NCBI GenBank assembly: GCA_963796275.1
Contig: CAWCKY010000006.1
Location: 1,952,001 to 2,016,000 of the forward strand
Reading direction: 5' to 3'
Source of the DNA: an uncultured Acidobacteriota bacterium
GTDB lineage: Bacteria > Acidobacteriota > Blastocatellia > RBC074
DNA: 64,000 nt
Shown here: positions 62,768-64,000 of the stretch, piece by piece
How positions within the stretch are numbered: the stretch's first letter is position 1
Layout of the letters: every line of letters starts with the position of its first letter
Program-made: the position numbers and the translations under genes
The notes under the pieces: model-generated
Seen by the model: only the letters and a program-made list of their open reading frames with translations
Database searches by the model: none
What the model was told of the DNA's origin: nothing

Positions 62768-64000
62768 CGACTATATATCTCCCAGGTCAAACGCAGGCGA
62801 GCTGCCGCATCGGAATTCAGTTCCTCGCGAATCCACATGAATACCTGCTCCAACCTTTCTCTGTCATGTCTTCCATCGTCCCACTATCCAAAATTTTGAC
62901 CGATTGCCCACCCGCGATCTGCGAAACAGGGATCGCCGTTTGCCCCATTTGCTCAGTTTGCCCTCGATATCCCGAACTCCCCAGTTGTGCCGTTTTCTGG
63001 CCGGTTGTGTTCGATGTTGACTCAGGTTGCGTTGTTCGTTGTGGCGGCGCTGGGTGCGGCCTGGGTGGTGCAGCCAATAATCGCGTTGCGCGGGTCTTGA
63101 CCTCCTTCAATGCTGGACCGAGCTGGACCGCCAACTCATCACTTTGGAAAATGATCTTCAACCGTTCAAGAATGGGGGGCGCCGCCTGCTGTCGATCATC
63201 ACCCAGCTTTTGGATGGCCTCGAATATCTGCCAATCGCTCTTGGCCAGCTTTAGGTCGGTTAGCACTTCCGCAGCCGATTTCAAACTAGTTCCCATTGCG
63301 CTTTCGCTGGTCTCGATCTCTGACATGCGCCAGGGCAGCAACAAACTGATCGTCGCCTGTGCTCAACAAGGCATCGATTAAAACCTTCGTCGCCCGCGCG
63401 GTCTTCAGTCGATCGGTATCGACGCGTATCGTCGCCGCAGCAAATAGATGCGACGCCATCAATTGCTTTAACTTCTCCGCCAGTCTGTTGCAATCAGCTT
63501 GGGTTTCGCGTGCGACTTTGCAGACATCGGCGATGAACTTCGCGAGGTTGGACGCATTCAACAAGGGCGAGGCCGTTATTCCGAATATCGCCGAGCCTCT
63601 GGCGGTTGCCGCATCCCATTCCGCCGGCGCCGGCAATCGTTGTTCGCGGAGTTCGAGTTCATCCGGGAATGTCCTCCACTATCGGTGAGAACGGCCCACC
63701 ATACAGGGCGAATGAGCGATCTGTCTGTGCCGCGAATGTCAGGATGATCAGATTCTGAAGTTCTCTCTGTAATCCCATTGGTTGTGGTTCGTCTAATCCA
63801 CCTGCGCAACGAACCTACGGTCATGTCCGTCTGGTGCTCAGCTTCCTTTTTCAGCAAATGATTTTTCCAGTGCACGCCTAATACGAAAGGGATTTCAGAC
63901 ATCTCGCCCAACTTGAGCGGGTTGGCGATCAGGCGCATGTCCTTTCGCATCTCCCGATCCACAATCACGCGTCCATCTTCGATCTGCGTCGCCTGGTCGA
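62764..64000 (-). pseudogene. pglY: 3' part of BREX-2 ATPase PglY, frameshifted, continues beyond window
   Basis: IANPLKLGEM, TVGSLRRWI/EPQPMG segments; ends ...RLRLTWEIYSR* with an ATGA overlap onto pglZ; position matches the pglY-pglZ-brxD-brxHI order. Confidence 0.7.

Overview
This is a bacterial window, probably Acidobacteriota (inferred from the acidobacterial-type PadR, the CRTAC1/ASPIC-UnbV, DUF885 and S10 peptidase genes, and the REP-like palindromes). (1) About 1-29.2 kb is a long integron-type gene cassette array with no integrase in view. More than 25 intact, mutated or half attC sites (RYYYAAC...GTTRRRY, mostly 86-90 bp, two related families plus short foreign types) separate short, mostly co-oriented genes: VOC, GNAT, SnoaL/NTF2, SDR, P450, MOSC, AzoR and orphans. 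The attC sites decay from left to right. One attC is split by an IS110-family transposase remnant, and a TnpB/IS605 right-end remnant also lies in the array. (2) About 29.3-56.2 kb is ordinary chromosomal content. It includes a UGA-recoded redoxin selenoprotein (WASW-U-GC followed by a SECIS-like hairpin), several REP-like elements, and an unexplained 18-unit 36-38 bp tandem array with higher-order structure (52.3-53.0 kb). (3) About 56.6-64 kb on the minus strand is the distal part of a type 2 BREX/Pgl defence operon (pglY-pglZ-brxD-brxHI) with many frameshifts, from either decay or assembly error. All protein calls come from recognising motifs by eye; no database searches were run.
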